Virus record (IMG/VR): IMGVR_UViG_3300045973_000529
Span: 64,001-128,000 of that record
Source: a virus
Direction: 5' to 3' (one strand)
Length of the DNA: 64,000 nucleotides
A program made the position numbers and the translations under genes. Each line of letters begins with the position of its first letter. The stretch's first letter is position 1. The notes beneath the pieces are model-generated. The model had not been told where the DNA came from, made no database searches, and was given only the letters and a program-made list of their open reading frames with translations. Below, one piece after another: positions 1-9,700 of the stretch.

Positions 1-273
1 GCGCTCGACATTCTGGCTGGCGGCTTCGTGATTGCTCAAGACTTCCTCGGCAAGAAGCTCCAGGTGCGTGTACCGTCTGGATTCGATCCCAAGCTCCGTC
101 TGAAGATTGCAGGTCACGGGTACACGAACTGGCACGGCGACAAGCCCGGTCCTCGAGGCGATCTGTACCTGCGCGTTACACCACGTTTCAAACCGTTCGC
201 CGAGCTCGACAAGGACAAGATCGAAGCGTTGTATAATCTCACGAGAACACCACCCATCGAAAGAGTAGCATGA
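1..273 (+). CDS. DnaJ C-terminal domain protein (5'-truncated by window edge)
   Basis: Open frame from base 1; KKLQVRVPSG...LRLKIAGHG...PRGDLYLRV matches the DnaJ C-terminal substrate-binding pattern. Confidence 0.75.
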   Translation, partial: ALDILAGGFVIAQDFLGKKLQVRVPSGFDPKLRLKIAGHGYTNWHGDKPGPRGDLYLRVTPRFKPFAELDKDKIEALYNLTRTPPIERVA

Positions 274-557
274 GTAAGTCCGAAGGCGTCAAGGACGTCG
301 TCAAGTGGCTCGAGGAGCAGTGCAAGATCGCCAAGGCAAGCGTCGAGGTTGCCAAGCGCGAGAACTTCGCCATGGGCATGTACGAGGACTGCGGTGACTA
401 CTACCGTGAGAAGCTCGTCGAGGCTGAGGCCAAGCTGGCGACGCTGGTGTCGGTCAAGATCAGCACCGAGAAGTACATGAAGAAGCTGCGGCATGAGGAA
501 GAAGAGGCCGCGACTCTCAGAGCCGATCCTTTGAATGACGGATGGAACTACCAGTGA
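270..557 (+). CDS. hypothetical protein
   Basis: 95-aa ORF, ATGA overlap with upstream gene, phage-like codon usage. Confidence 0.75.
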   Translation: MSKSEGVKDVVKWLEEQCKIAKASVEVAKRENFAMGMYEDCGDYYREKLVEAEAKLATLVSVKISTEKYMKKLRHEEEEAATLRADPLNDGWNYQ

Positions 558-1123
558 TGGACCTCAGCAAGCGATACACGGGCCTGTACAAGGTCATCAG
601 CGGCGGTCAGACCGGTGCCGATCAGGGCGGGCTGCTTGCGGCTCATCAGCTTGGCGTCCTGACCGGTGGCACGGCTCCGGCCGGTTGGATGACGTCCCGC
701 GGCCCGCAACCGCTGCTCGAGTGCTTTGGCCTGAAGGCCGAAGGCACGCTCCAGACCCGCACGAAGAAGAACATCAAGGACTCGGGCGCCACCGTCGTGC
801 TGTCTGGCGACTTGGCTTCGTCCGGGACCGTGCTGACGATCCGGCTTTGCAAGGAACTGAACAAGCCATGTCTGGTGCTCGACATCAACAGTGTCTGTAC
901 TGCCTTCGGCGACACCGGATTGTTCCCGATGGAGACGTTCGATCAGTTGAGTAGGCCTCTATACGAGTTCCTTCTGCAACACCAGGTGCGCACTCTGAAC
1001 GTCGCTGGAAACCGCGAGCGCTTCGATGATTTGCGCACGACCAAGGCGGTGGCCGGCATCGTCGCCACGGCCCTCTCCTTCCTGGACCTCGACAATCTGC
1101 TCATTCGGGACTCGGACTTGTAA
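557..1123 (+). CDS. SLOG-superfamily protein (putative molybdenum-carrier type)
   Basis: KVISGGQTGADQGGL...GGTAPAGW...RTKKNIKDSGATVV...GTVLT...KPCL...LNVAGNRE motifs; ATG overlaps upstream TGA. Confidence 0.8.
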   Translation: MDLSKRYTGLYKVISGGQTGADQGGLLAAHQLGVLTGGTAPAGWMTSRGPQPLLECFGLKAEGTLQTRTKKNIKDSGATVVLSGDLASSGTVLTIRLCKELNKPCLVLDINSVCTAFGDTGLFPMETFDQLSRPLYEFLLQHQVRTLNVAGNRERFDDLRTTKAVAGIVATALSFLDLDNLLIRDSDL

Positions 1124-1154
1124 CAATAGGCGGTATCCACTCCGCCGTTACAAG
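1117..1154 (+). promoter_or_regulatory. hairpin linking upstream stop codon and thyA Shine-Dalgarno
   Basis: CTTGTAAC(1117-1124)/GTTACAAG(1147-1154) plus inner GGCGG/CCGCC; 5' arm contains TAA stop, 3' arm overlaps AAGGA SD. Confidence 0.55.
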
Positions 1155-1161
1155 GACCGAC

Positions 1162-2118
1162 ATGACCTCTCTCGACTACTCGCTGTACTCCCCGACGTGG
1201 GAGGATGATTACCTGAATCTGCTCGACACGATCCTCATGTTCGGTGAGGATCGGGCCGATCGAACCGGCACTGGAACCCGCGCGATCTTCGGCGACACGC
1301 TTCGCATCAATCTCGCCGATGGCTTCCCGGCCGTGACCACCAAGAAGCTCGCCTGGAAGGCAATGGCTGCTGAACTGCTCTGGTTCATCGAAGGCAGCGG
1401 TGATGAGCGTCGGCTCTGTGAAATCCAGCACGGTACTCGCGACGATTCGAAGTCCACGGTCTGGACTGCCAATGCGAATGCTCCGTACTGGCTGCCAAAG
1501 GCCAAGTTCCCAGGTGACCTCGGCCGTGTGTACGGTGTGCAGTGGCGTCACTGGAAGAACATCACCTTCCAGGAATCGGGCGACTGGCTCAGCCATCCAG
1601 CCGGTGGTGAGACGCACTTCAATGCCAAGGTCCTCGTTGAGGAAGTTGACCAGATGAAACGCGTCATCGAGACGCTGAAGACGAATCACACTGATCGTCG
1701 GATCATGCTGTCGGCCTGGAACCCAGGTGAGCTGCACCAAATGGCCTTGCCACCATGCCATCTGTTCGCACAGTTCTACCTGAGCAACGATCGCAAGCTC
1801 TCGTGCCAGATGTACATGCGCTCGATCGACACATTCCTCGGGCTGCCGTTCAACATCGCCAGCTACGCACTGCTGACACATCTGATTGCTCACGTGATCG
1901 GTGCTGACGTTGGTGAGTTGATCATGGTGTTGGGCGATACGCACATCTATAAGGACCACATCGAGCAGGTGAACGAGCAACTGAGCCGTGAAGTCAAGAA
2001 GGCGCCGAAGCTTGTGTTCAATCGGCAGGTCACAAGCATTGATGACTTCACCCTGGCTGACTTCGAGCTGGCCGACTACGATCATCACCCTGCAATCAAC
2101 GCGAAGATGAGCACCTGA
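1162..2118 (+). CDS. thyA: thymidylate synthase
   Basis: DRTGTGT, TTKKL, ELLWF, GDLGRVYGVQWR, MALPPCH, YMRSIDTFLGLPFNIASY, DTHIY motifs. Confidence 0.98.
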   Translation: MTSLDYSLYSPTWEDDYLNLLDTILMFGEDRADRTGTGTRAIFGDTLRINLADGFPAVTTKKLAWKAMAAELLWFIEGSGDERRLCEIQHGTRDDSKSTVWTANANAPYWLPKAKFPGDLGRVYGVQWRHWKNITFQESGDWLSHPAGGETHFNAKVLVEEVDQMKRVIETLKTNHTDRRIMLSAWNPGELHQMALPPCHLFAQFYLSNDRKLSCQMYMRSIDTFLGLPFNIASYALLTHLIAHVIGADVGELIMVLGDTHIYKDHIEQVNEQLSREVKKAPKLVFNRQVTSIDDFTLADFELADYDHHPAINAKMST

Positions 2119-2120
2119 AC

Positions 2121-2477
2121 ATGGGTCACTACCGCGCCGAAATGTGGTGCAACACGTGCAGCAATCATCCCTGCACGTGTACGCCAAAGCCCGAGCCAGT
2201 GCAGTGGCTTGTCGATGACGATGATGTCGTCATGACAACAGCTGCCTTCGATCTGAAATACGCGTCGATCAAGACAAAGTACGGTCCGATTCCCGGATCG
2301 CCGATGCTGAAGCGCATGGGAATGAAGCTGTACCCGTCGAAAGCGGCTGCTGAAGCCGCAATCCCAGCGCTGCTCACTGAAGAGATCGAGCACCGTGCCA
2401 AGAACATCAGAGCTCTCCAGGTGGAACTGAAGAAGCGTCAGATGAAACTGAGACGACTGATGAAGGAGCAAGCATGA
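2121..2477 (+). CDS. hypothetical protein with N-terminal Cys/His cluster
   Basis: CNTCSNHPCTC near N-terminus, basic coiled C-terminus. Confidence 0.75.
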   Translation: MGHYRAEMWCNTCSNHPCTCTPKPEPVQWLVDDDDVVMTTAAFDLKYASIKTKYGPIPGSPMLKRMGMKLYPSKAAAEAAIPALLTEEIEHRAKNIRALQVELKKRQMKLRRLMKEQA

Positions 2478-2953
2478 CCAAGTTCTACCGCTACTACCGC
2501 CCGATGAAGTACTCCGAGGACCGGGCGACGTTGGACACCCTACCACGAGGCGGTGTCTGTCTGCGGTTCGAAACCCTCGAGGACCGGCCGAACACCATGT
2601 GGTTCACACATGCCCGTTGCCACGAGACGGAGCTTTTCTCGAAGACCACCGCTCGCCAGATCGTCGATCAGCGGGCGACCCTGCTGTATGAACGTCGCTA
2701 TGATCTGCCACTGCTGCCTGCTGCGACCGATCCAGGTGCACTGTTGATGTACGTCATCCAGATGATCCACTGCTGGCAGCCGCTACCAGAGCCGATGTTC
2801 ACGGAGTACCTTGCGAAAGAGTACGAAGAGCTAGCGTCGACGATCCACGGTGTCATCACCCAGAACACGCTCGCGACTATGAAGCAGGAAGCACACACTC
2901 TGCATCTGGCTGCTCTGCAGTACGGAGAGCTCTATGCGAGTCTTGCACGGTAA
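2474..2953 (+). CDS. hypothetical protein
   Basis: 159-aa ORF, ATGA overlap, GGAG SD. Confidence 0.75.
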   Translation: MTKFYRYYRPMKYSEDRATLDTLPRGGVCLRFETLEDRPNTMWFTHARCHETELFSKTTARQIVDQRATLLYERRYDLPLLPAATDPGALLMYVIQMIHCWQPLPEPMFTEYLAKEYEELASTIHGVITQNTLATMKQEAHTLHLAALQYGELYASLAR

Positions 2954-3425
2954 CATGCTCGAGGAGGTCACCAAAGGGGTGATTCTCCAGCAAGTGAATG
3001 CCCAGGGCGTGATGGGCTCTGGGTTCGCCAAGGCCATTCGGGACAAGTGGCCGGCCGTCTGGGACGAGTATCATCAGTGGTGTCTCCCAAACCCAACTGC
3101 TGCCGAGTCAGCTGCGATGCTCGGCAAAACTCTGCTCGTCGAAGTCGAAGATGGTCTGTTCGTAGCGAACATCGTCGGTCAGAACCGGTTCTATAGGCAG
3201 GGTGAACCACGTGGCACCCGGTTCACCTCGTACGATGCCGTTGATAAGGCTCTCACCGACTTGGCTGAGGTGCTCCAGGGGCTGCCGGTGTCGTTGCATT
3301 TTCCACTTCTGGGCTCGGACCGCGGTGGTGGTCATTGGCCCGTCGTGAAAGAGATCATCAAGCACCGGCTGTCAGGGTTCGAGTTGACCCTGTGGCTGCT
3401 GGCAGGTACAACAGAACCCGCCTAA
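2934..3425 (+). CDS. macrodomain protein (ADP-ribose binding/hydrolase, T4 Tk.4-like)
   Basis: HGNML...ILQQVNAQGVMGSGFAKAIRDKWP...VANIVGQ...TSYDA...FPLLGSDRGGGHW macro motifs. Confidence 0.9.
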   Translation: MRVLHGNMLEEVTKGVILQQVNAQGVMGSGFAKAIRDKWPAVWDEYHQWCLPNPTAAESAAMLGKTLLVEVEDGLFVANIVGQNRFYRQGEPRGTRFTSYDAVDKALTDLAEVLQGLPVSLHFPLLGSDRGGGHWPVVKEIIKHRLSGFELTLWLLAGTTEPA

Positions 3426-3428
3426 ATA
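3423..3428 (+). promoter_or_regulatory. late promoter box TAAATA
   Basis: cTAAATAg, its TAA is the macrodomain stop codon; T4 late promoters are TATAAATA. Confidence 0.65.
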
Positions 3429-3459
3429 GCAACGTACTATCACAGTCCACAAGGACACC

Positions 3460-3633
3460 ATGGGCGAGCACATCTACCGCGATCCAAAGAAGAAGAAGAT
3501 CAAAGAGCATGACACCGGGGCACGTCGCACCCGCGTGACCTTCAAGAACTACCTGCGGGCGCTTGAAGAAGAGCTTCTTGAAGAAGAGCTGGACGCAACT
3601 GAAGAACAACCGGAAGACAACCAGGACGATTGA
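3460..3633 (+). CDS. small protein, basic N-terminus and acidic C-terminus (57 aa)
   Basis: Read manually: MGEHIYRDPKKKKIKEH...EEELLEEELDATEEQPEDNQDD; AAGGA SD; follows late box. Confidence 0.75.
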   Translation: MGEHIYRDPKKKKIKEHDTGARRTRVTFKNYLRALEEELLEEELDATEEQPEDNQDD

Positions 3634-3656
3634 GCCGGCCAGGTGCACGTCTGGGC

Positions 3657-3662
3657 TAAATA
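3657..3662 (+). promoter_or_regulatory. late promoter box TAAATA
   Basis: gcTAAATAgc in intergenic gap. Confidence 0.65.
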
Positions 3663-3684
3663 GCCTAGTCACTACACCAACGCC

Positions 3685-4173
3685 ATGTTCATTGTCCCGC
3701 TTCGAGGCGATAAGATCCTCTGCGCTTCCGGCGCAACGTACACCGTTCTAGGGTACACGAACCACAAGGACCAACCGTCCTTGTACGTTCAGGGGCCTGA
3801 TGTCAAGACTGACACCATTGGCTTCAGCGAGGTTCAGAAGGTGAATAGCGCAGTAGTGAAGCTTGGCCCAGGAAAGATCTTCCTTAGCGCCACCAAAACC
3901 AATCACAAGTTCACCCTCCCACAAAGGGATGACCGCGTCAAGTATCGCAATGCGACGGTGAAGGTCACCGGGCTGAAGCTGAATGAACGCGGGCATCTCG
4001 GTGCAGGTATGCTTGTCGTCGGCACGAATGTGGAAACCGATGAGAAGGTCACTGCGCGGCTGGCAAATCTCGTAAGTATCCAACGCGCCAGTGGTGATGA
4101 ACTCTTTGACTTGAAGGCTTTCAAGAGCCAGTTCCATGACTACCTTGGCTCGGAAACCGGAGCAACAGCGTGA
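3685..4173 (+). CDS. hypothetical late protein
   Basis: 162-aa ORF after late box. Confidence 0.75.
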   Translation: MFIVPLRGDKILCASGATYTVLGYTNHKDQPSLYVQGPDVKTDTIGFSEVQKVNSAVVKLGPGKIFLSATKTNHKFTLPQRDDRVKYRNATVKVTGLKLNERGHLGAGMLVVGTNVETDEKVTARLANLVSIQRASGDELFDLKAFKSQFHDYLGSETGATA

Positions 4174-4376
4174 AGAAACTTATCGCCGACATCGACAACA
4201 ATGCTGGCAAGACAGCTTGGCAGTCTTACACCGTCCGGCACGGGATTGAGACCTTCGAAGTTCTGGTTCCGCTCAAGAATGCAATGCTTTTCGAGGTGAA
4301 GATGCTGGACCCGCTGCCAACACGGTATGCGGTGCTGGATGTTCTCCGCGAATGCGGTGGCGAACTGAAGAAGTAA
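4170..4376 (+). CDS. hypothetical protein
   Basis: 68-aa ORF, GTGA overlap. Confidence 0.6.
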   Translation: MKKLIADIDNNAGKTAWQSYTVRHGIETFEVLVPLKNAMLFEVKMLDPLPTRYAVLDVLRECGGELKK

Positions 4377-4385
4377 GGACGCCAC

Positions 4386-5231
4386 ATGCCTATCTCCCTG
4401 TCGCTCAAGCAGCTCTTCACTAACAACGCAGTCACACTGCTTGCGCTGCCACTGGCAGCGACCGACACCTCGATGACGGTCATGACAGGGTATGGAACCC
4501 TGTTCCCAAATCCAGGGGTGAATGAGTTCTTCCTCGTCACGCTTGAGAATCAAGCTGCCACTGCTCGTGAAATCATCAAGGTCACCGGACGAACCGGTGA
4601 CGTCTTCACCTTTGCGCTTGCTGATCGCGGGCAGGAAGGTACCACAGCCCAAGCGTGGGGCGCCTCCTCTGGCAACGACACTCTCGTCGATCATCGAGTT
4701 ACCGCCGAGACGATGGACAGGGCGCTTGCTCTTCCACAGGCTGGGCTGAATGGCATTACGGTTCAAGATCACGGAGTACCAGTTGCTCCTGATGCTACGA
4801 CTTTGAACTTTGAAGGTGACGTCTCTGTCACCGGTTCAGGCTCAACGAAGACCATTACCATTGGAGCGGTTTCAGCCAATGCTATCCATGGTGAATCAAG
4901 TTCCCCAATCGTCATTGACCCGGGCTGGACAATCCCTGGGAATGTGGCGACGTACTCTGAGACGCAGCGCGGATTCAAGTTCTTCGTCACCGTCACTATG
5001 CCTGTCAATCACCTCTCGTCTTCATTCGAAGTTCTTGGCAACATCAGCGGGAACCTGAGCGCAAACACCGAGACTGTGTCCTTCAACCGTGTTTCACGCG
5101 TTGGTCACAAGTTTATCGGCGAGGTGAACATGGCCCTAGACACAGCGCTGAAGCAAGTCAGCCTCACGTGGACGAACAACGAAGCAAACCCCGTTGTTAT
5201 CCAATGTGTGCGAATCCAGCACACCGTTTAA
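4386..5231 (+). CDS. virion structural protein (tail/baseplate-associated)
   Basis: NNAVTLLALPLAATDTSMTV...EIIKVTGRTGDVFT...RGQEGTTAQAW pattern typical of phage tail/baseplate proteins. Confidence 0.7.
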   Translation: MPISLSLKQLFTNNAVTLLALPLAATDTSMTVMTGYGTLFPNPGVNEFFLVTLENQAATAREIIKVTGRTGDVFTFALADRGQEGTTAQAWGASSGNDTLVDHRVTAETMDRALALPQAGLNGITVQDHGVPVAPDATTLNFEGDVSVTGSGSTKTITIGAVSANAIHGESSSPIVIDPGWTIPGNVATYSETQRGFKFFVTVTMPVNHLSSSFEVLGNISGNLSANTETVSFNRVSRVGHKFIGEVNMALDTALKQVSLTWTNNEANPVVIQCVRIQHTV

Positions 5232-5240
5232 GGCCTTGGC

Positions 5241-5246
5241 TAAATA
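5241..5246 (+). promoter_or_regulatory. late promoter box TAAATA
   Basis: gcTAAATAgc, 47 nt before ATG 5293. Confidence 0.7.
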
Positions 5247-5292
5247 GCAGGCATTGATCAACGCGCCTGGCGGCGCTTTCACAGGAGTTTTT

Positions 5293-6705
5293 ATGGCACT
5301 CGACTTCTTCCGCGTAGAACGCGGTATTGAACTGGATGACCTCGTCCAGTACCTCCAAGGCTCTGGCATCCCAGGTGCATCTGGCGACACCGCTGCTGCA
5401 TTCGTTGGTTCGGTCTATACCGACAACGCTGATGGCTCGCTGTACACCAAGTTCGCTGCCGGTACAGGTACCGACAAGTGGCAGAAGATGGCATCGGAAA
5501 CGTACGTCGACAATGCTCTCGGCGCAACCGTTTCTTGGCGTGAACCAGTTGTTGTTCGCAACAACGTCGCGACGACTCTGCCAACCGGCACGGCTACCCA
5601 GCCGATCACGGTTGATGGTGTTTCGGTCACGAATGGCCAACGTGTTCTGTTCGCTGCCATCGTTGGTGGCGCTGGCAAGAACGTCTATGTCTACGACCAA
5701 GCCACTGGCCTCTTCAGCGAAGATCCACTGAACTCGGAATCGGGCGGTGACGCGGTCTACGTTCTGGATGGCACCTCAGCCGGCAAGACGTACATCTACA
5801 ACGGTTCAGACTGGGTCCAATCTGACCAATCGTCCCTTGACGAAGAAGGCTACATCCGTGCCTTCATCGGCAAGGCAACGGCTGGTGCAGTCATGCCAAC
5901 GTACTCGAGCACGAACTTCGTTGCTCAGTCGTCCTCGCTGCAAACCGCTGTCTCGGCTCTCGATGCTGAGTTTGGCCCGAACGTTTCCCTCGGGAACTTC
6001 ATCGATCCAGCCTTCAAGGTCAACGGCAACATCCAAGCCCTCGACACTGAAATCGGTCCGAACGTCACGAATGGTGGCTTCATCACCGCTGGCAACAGCG
6101 TCAACCAGAACGTCCAAGCGATCGACACCCATCTCGGTGTGAACTTCGCTGCTGGCAATTACATCTCCCTGAACCAGACGGTTTCGGGTGCTGTGACTGC
6201 CCTCGACGTGGCCATTGGCCCGAACGTCGTCAATGGCAACTGGATCCTCGCATCGAACAAGGTTCAAGCGAACATCCAAGCTCTTGACAGCCAGATCGGC
6301 GCTGCAGTCACCACTGGTGGCTACATTGTCAACACGAACACGGTCAACCAGAACGTCCAAGCTCTTGACGCTGCGGTCACGCAAGTCACGCAACAGACTT
6401 CTGTCACGAACGTCACCTCGGTCCAGACCATCGACACCGTCGTTGCTGACGCTGCCAAGTGGTTTGTTCGCGTTGAACTCGTGTCTGACACGACCCGCGT
6501 GTACGCTACCGAAGTGTACGCTCTGAGCGACGGTGAACTGAACACCGACTTCACGCGTTACGCAACCCTCAAGCTCGGCACTGCCATCCCAGGCCTCGTG
6601 GTCTCGGTTGACAATGACGGCGCAACCAACGGTCAGCTGCGCCTTCGCGTTGCTGCTACCGGCGCCGTGAACGTCATCGCCCGCCGCGCATCGGTTCTCG
6701 TGTAA
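5293..6705 (+). CDS. fibrous virion protein with 27-aa tandem repeats
   Basis: AGGAG SD before ATG 5293; repeats of G.N...G.FI.....V..N.QALD; beta-rich C-terminal domain. Confidence 0.8.
   Translation: MALDFFRVERGIELDDLVQYLQGSGIPGASGDTAAAFVGSVYTDNADGSLYTKFAAGTGTDKWQKMASETYVDNALGATVSWREPVVVRNNVATTLPTGTATQPITVDGVSVTNGQRVLFAAIVGGAGKNVYVYDQATGLFSEDPLNSESGGDAVYVLDGTSAGKTYIYNGSDWVQSDQSSLDEEGYIRAFIGKATAGAVMPTYSSTNFVAQSSSLQTAVSALDAEFGPNVSLGNFIDPAFKVNGNIQALDTEIGPNVTNGGFITAGNSVNQNVQAIDTHLGVNFAAGNYISLNQTVSGAVTALDVAIGPNVVNGNWILASNKVQANIQALDSQIGAAVTTGGYIVNTNTVNQNVQALDAAVTQVTQQTSVTNVTSVQTIDTVVADAAKWFVRVELVSDTTRVYATEVYALSDGELNTDFTRYATLKLGTAIPGLVVSVDNDGATNGQLRLRVAATGAVNVIARRASVLV
5893..6378 (+). repeat. six 81-bp (27-aa) degenerate tandem repeats
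   Basis: Units start 5893, 5974, 6055, 6136, 6217, 6298 (e.g. GPNVSLGNFIDPAFKVNGNIQALDTEI / GPNVTNGGFITAGNSVNQNVQAIDTHL). Confidence 0.85.
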
Positions 6706-6728
6706 TCAACCTCAAGAGTTGAATCCTC

Positions 6729-6758
6729 AAGGGCTCCTTCGGGAGCCCTTTCTGTTTT
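6729..6758 (+). terminator. intrinsic terminator, UUCG loop
   Basis: AAGGGCTCC-TTCG-GGAGCCCTT followed by TCTGTTTT. Confidence 0.9.
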
Positions 6759-6764
6759 CCGGCT

Positions 6765-6770
6765 TAAATA
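6765..6770 (+). promoter_or_regulatory. late promoter box TAAATA
   Basis: Directly after terminator, before the long tail fibre gene. Confidence 0.7.
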
Positions 6771-6796
6771 GGTCATCACCCCTATGAGTACAGTCC

Positions 6797-9700
6797 GTGG
6801 CAAACATCGCACTTGCATTCCAGCCAGAAAACGGCATCAATCTTGACGACTTGGCCGGTATCTTTGCAGGTACCGCCGACCCGACAGTTCTTGGTGAAGC
6901 CGCACCAATCGGTTCTCTGTACCTTCGCACGAATGGTATGCTGTTCCAGAAGATTGGGTCAGCTGATACTGCTTGGATGGTCTTCTCGCAAGGCCTCGGC
7001 GAAGCAGTCAAGATTTCGGCGACTGACACGAATGCAGGATACCTGAACGCCAAGTTGCTGGTCACCTCTTCGCTCTCGAAGTCGGTCCAGAACGCGGGTG
7101 CAAATGAGACCCTGACGCTTGATCTGGCGAATGTCGGCACGGCAGGCACTTACACCCAGGTCACAACGAACGCCAAGGGACAAGTTACCGCAGGTACCAA
7201 TCCAACGACGCTCGCTGGCTATGGCATCACGAACGGTCAACCACTCGATGCAACGCTGACAGCACTTGCCGCGTACGCCACTGTTGGCTTCGTAGCAATG
7301 ACTGCGACGGACGTCTTTGCCGGTCGCACAATGACCGGCACCGCGAACCAGATCACCGTTACGAACGGTGCTGGCACTGCTGGCAACCCAACGTTCTCGT
7401 TCCCAACGACCATTCTGTTCCCAGGCACCACTGGTGTTCGTCCGCCATCTGGCACGACTGCTCAGCGAGTTGCCACAGCCCCGTACCTGCGGTACAACAC
7501 CGACACGACTCGGATGGAGTACTTCAATGGCACCGTATGGGTTGAACTCGTTGCTTCGACTGGTGGTACTGTCACCTCGGTCGCCACCTCAGCACCGGCA
7601 CAAGGTCTCACAATCTCTGGCGGTCCTGTCACTACCTCTGGTACGCTGACCTTTGCTCTTGCAAACGATCTGGCTGCCGTTGAAGGACTGGTGACGACTG
7701 GCTTCGCTACTCGAACCGCAACCGACACGTGGGCAACTTGGGCGATGGCCGGCACAACGGATCGCATCACGGTCACGAACGGCGATGGTTCCATTGGCGC
7801 CCCTACCTTCGACATCGCGGCAACGTACGTCGGTCAGACCTCCATCACGACGCTTGGCAACATCAGCACTGGTACTTGGCTCGGCACGACAGTTGACACC
7901 GCACACGGCGGTACAGGTCGTACCTCCATCGGCACGGCAAACACGTTGCTCGGTGTGAACACCACGGCAACTGGGCTTGAGTACAAGAACCTCGTCGCTG
8001 GCGCCGGTATCACCATTGCACCAGCTTCGCAGCAGATCACGATCACCAACACTGGTGTCACCTCAATCACAGGTACTGCGAATCAGGTCATCGCATCTGC
8101 TGCTACTGGTGCTGTGACTCTGTCGCTGCCACAGAGCATTGGAACTGGTTCATCGCCGACATTTGCTCAGGTGACTCTCGCTGCTGATCCAACGACTCCA
8201 ATGTCGGCGGCAACGAAGCAGTATGTCGACGCTCGCTCGAACGGTCTGATTTGGCGTGCCCCAATCTTCGCGAACGGACTGCTGGACGATTCGATCACTG
8301 CTCCTCCATCGACCCCGAACTCGCACGACTCGTACATCGTACCAACTGGCGCGACAGGTGTTTGGACCGGTTTGGCTGGGCATCTCGTTGAGTACACTGG
8401 TGTCTCGTGGGTTGATCTTGGTCTCATTCCAAGTGGCACCCGCATCGGCATTTCACTTGAATCAGGGTCAACACCAACTGGCACCTTTGCTGGCAAGGCG
8501 AATCAGATCGTCACGGTCACTGGCACCTTCCCATACTCCTACGCGTACACCGCGCCATCGGATGGCGATGCAGTGCTGGTGTCCAATCCAGATGCCTATG
8601 ATGCGTACCACCAGTACACGTACGTTGCTGCAACGTCTTCGTGGATTGAGTTCTCCGGTCCTGTCACGATTGACGCTGGCACTGGGCTGGCGTTCGCTGG
8701 CAACACGCTGAACATTGCTGATGTTGGCACCGCGGGCACGTACAACAACGTCACAACGAACGCACAGGGTCAGGTCATCAGCGGTTCCTCCGTGGCGTAT
8801 CTGACTGGAAACCAAAACATCACGCTCAGCGGCGACGTCACTGGCGTCGGTTCAACCTCTATCACGACGGCACTGTCTGCGACTGGCGTCACCGCTGGTA
8901 CATACAAGTCGGTGACCGTTGACGCCAAGGGTCGTGTCAGTGCGGGTACCAATCCGACGACGCTTGCTGGGTACGGCATCAGCGATGCTCAGGGGCTGGA
9001 TGCTTTCCTGACAGCGCTCGCCAACGCAAGTACTGATGGCATCATGATCCGCTCTGGTGACACGGTCCTGACACGCGCCGTCATCGCTGGATCGACGAAG
9101 GTCTCAGTGGCGAACGGCGACGGCATTGCTGGCAATCCATCAGTCGATGTCATCGAAGCAAATCTGACGCTGACCAACATCGGTGGAACCTTGAGCGTTG
9201 CAAAGGGCGGCACCAATCTCACGTCACTTGGAGCTGCGAACCAAATCCTAGGTGTGAATGCTGGTGGTACAGCACTTGAGTACAAGGCAGTCACCGCTGG
9301 CTCAGGCATCACCATCACCCCTGGCGCGAACAGCATCACCATTGCAGCAGTGAACTCAGGCACCGTGACTTCGGTGGCAGCGACTGGTTCGACCGGTCTG
9401 ACAGTCGGTGGATCACCAATCACATCGAGCGGCACACTGACCTTCACACTCGGCACTGAACTCCAAGGTCTGTCGGCCCTGTCAGCCGTTGGTCTCGTGA
9501 CACGCACTGCTGCTGGTACGTACGCTTCTCGTTCCGTGGTCTCGGGCGTTGGCACCATCTCCATCACCAATCCAACAGGTGCTGCTGGAAACGTTGCTCT
9601 CGATCTGACGACAGTTGGCACCGCTGGCACCTATCGCTCAGTCACCACTGACACCTTCGGCCGTGTCACTTCGGGTACCAATCCAACGACGCTCGCTGGG

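Noticed and set aside
943-2187. 414-aa antisense ORF over thyA, and similar long shadows (27964-28860, 30929-31984, 48366-49349, 35175-35693)
   Set aside because: They mirror well-supported plus-strand genes; GC-biased codon usage depletes reverse-strand stops; no SD, promoter or recognisable motifs
6784-6843. Short upstream ORF overlapping the tail fibre GTG start
   Set aside because: Out of frame, about 20 codons, no SD; no evidence distinguishing it from chance
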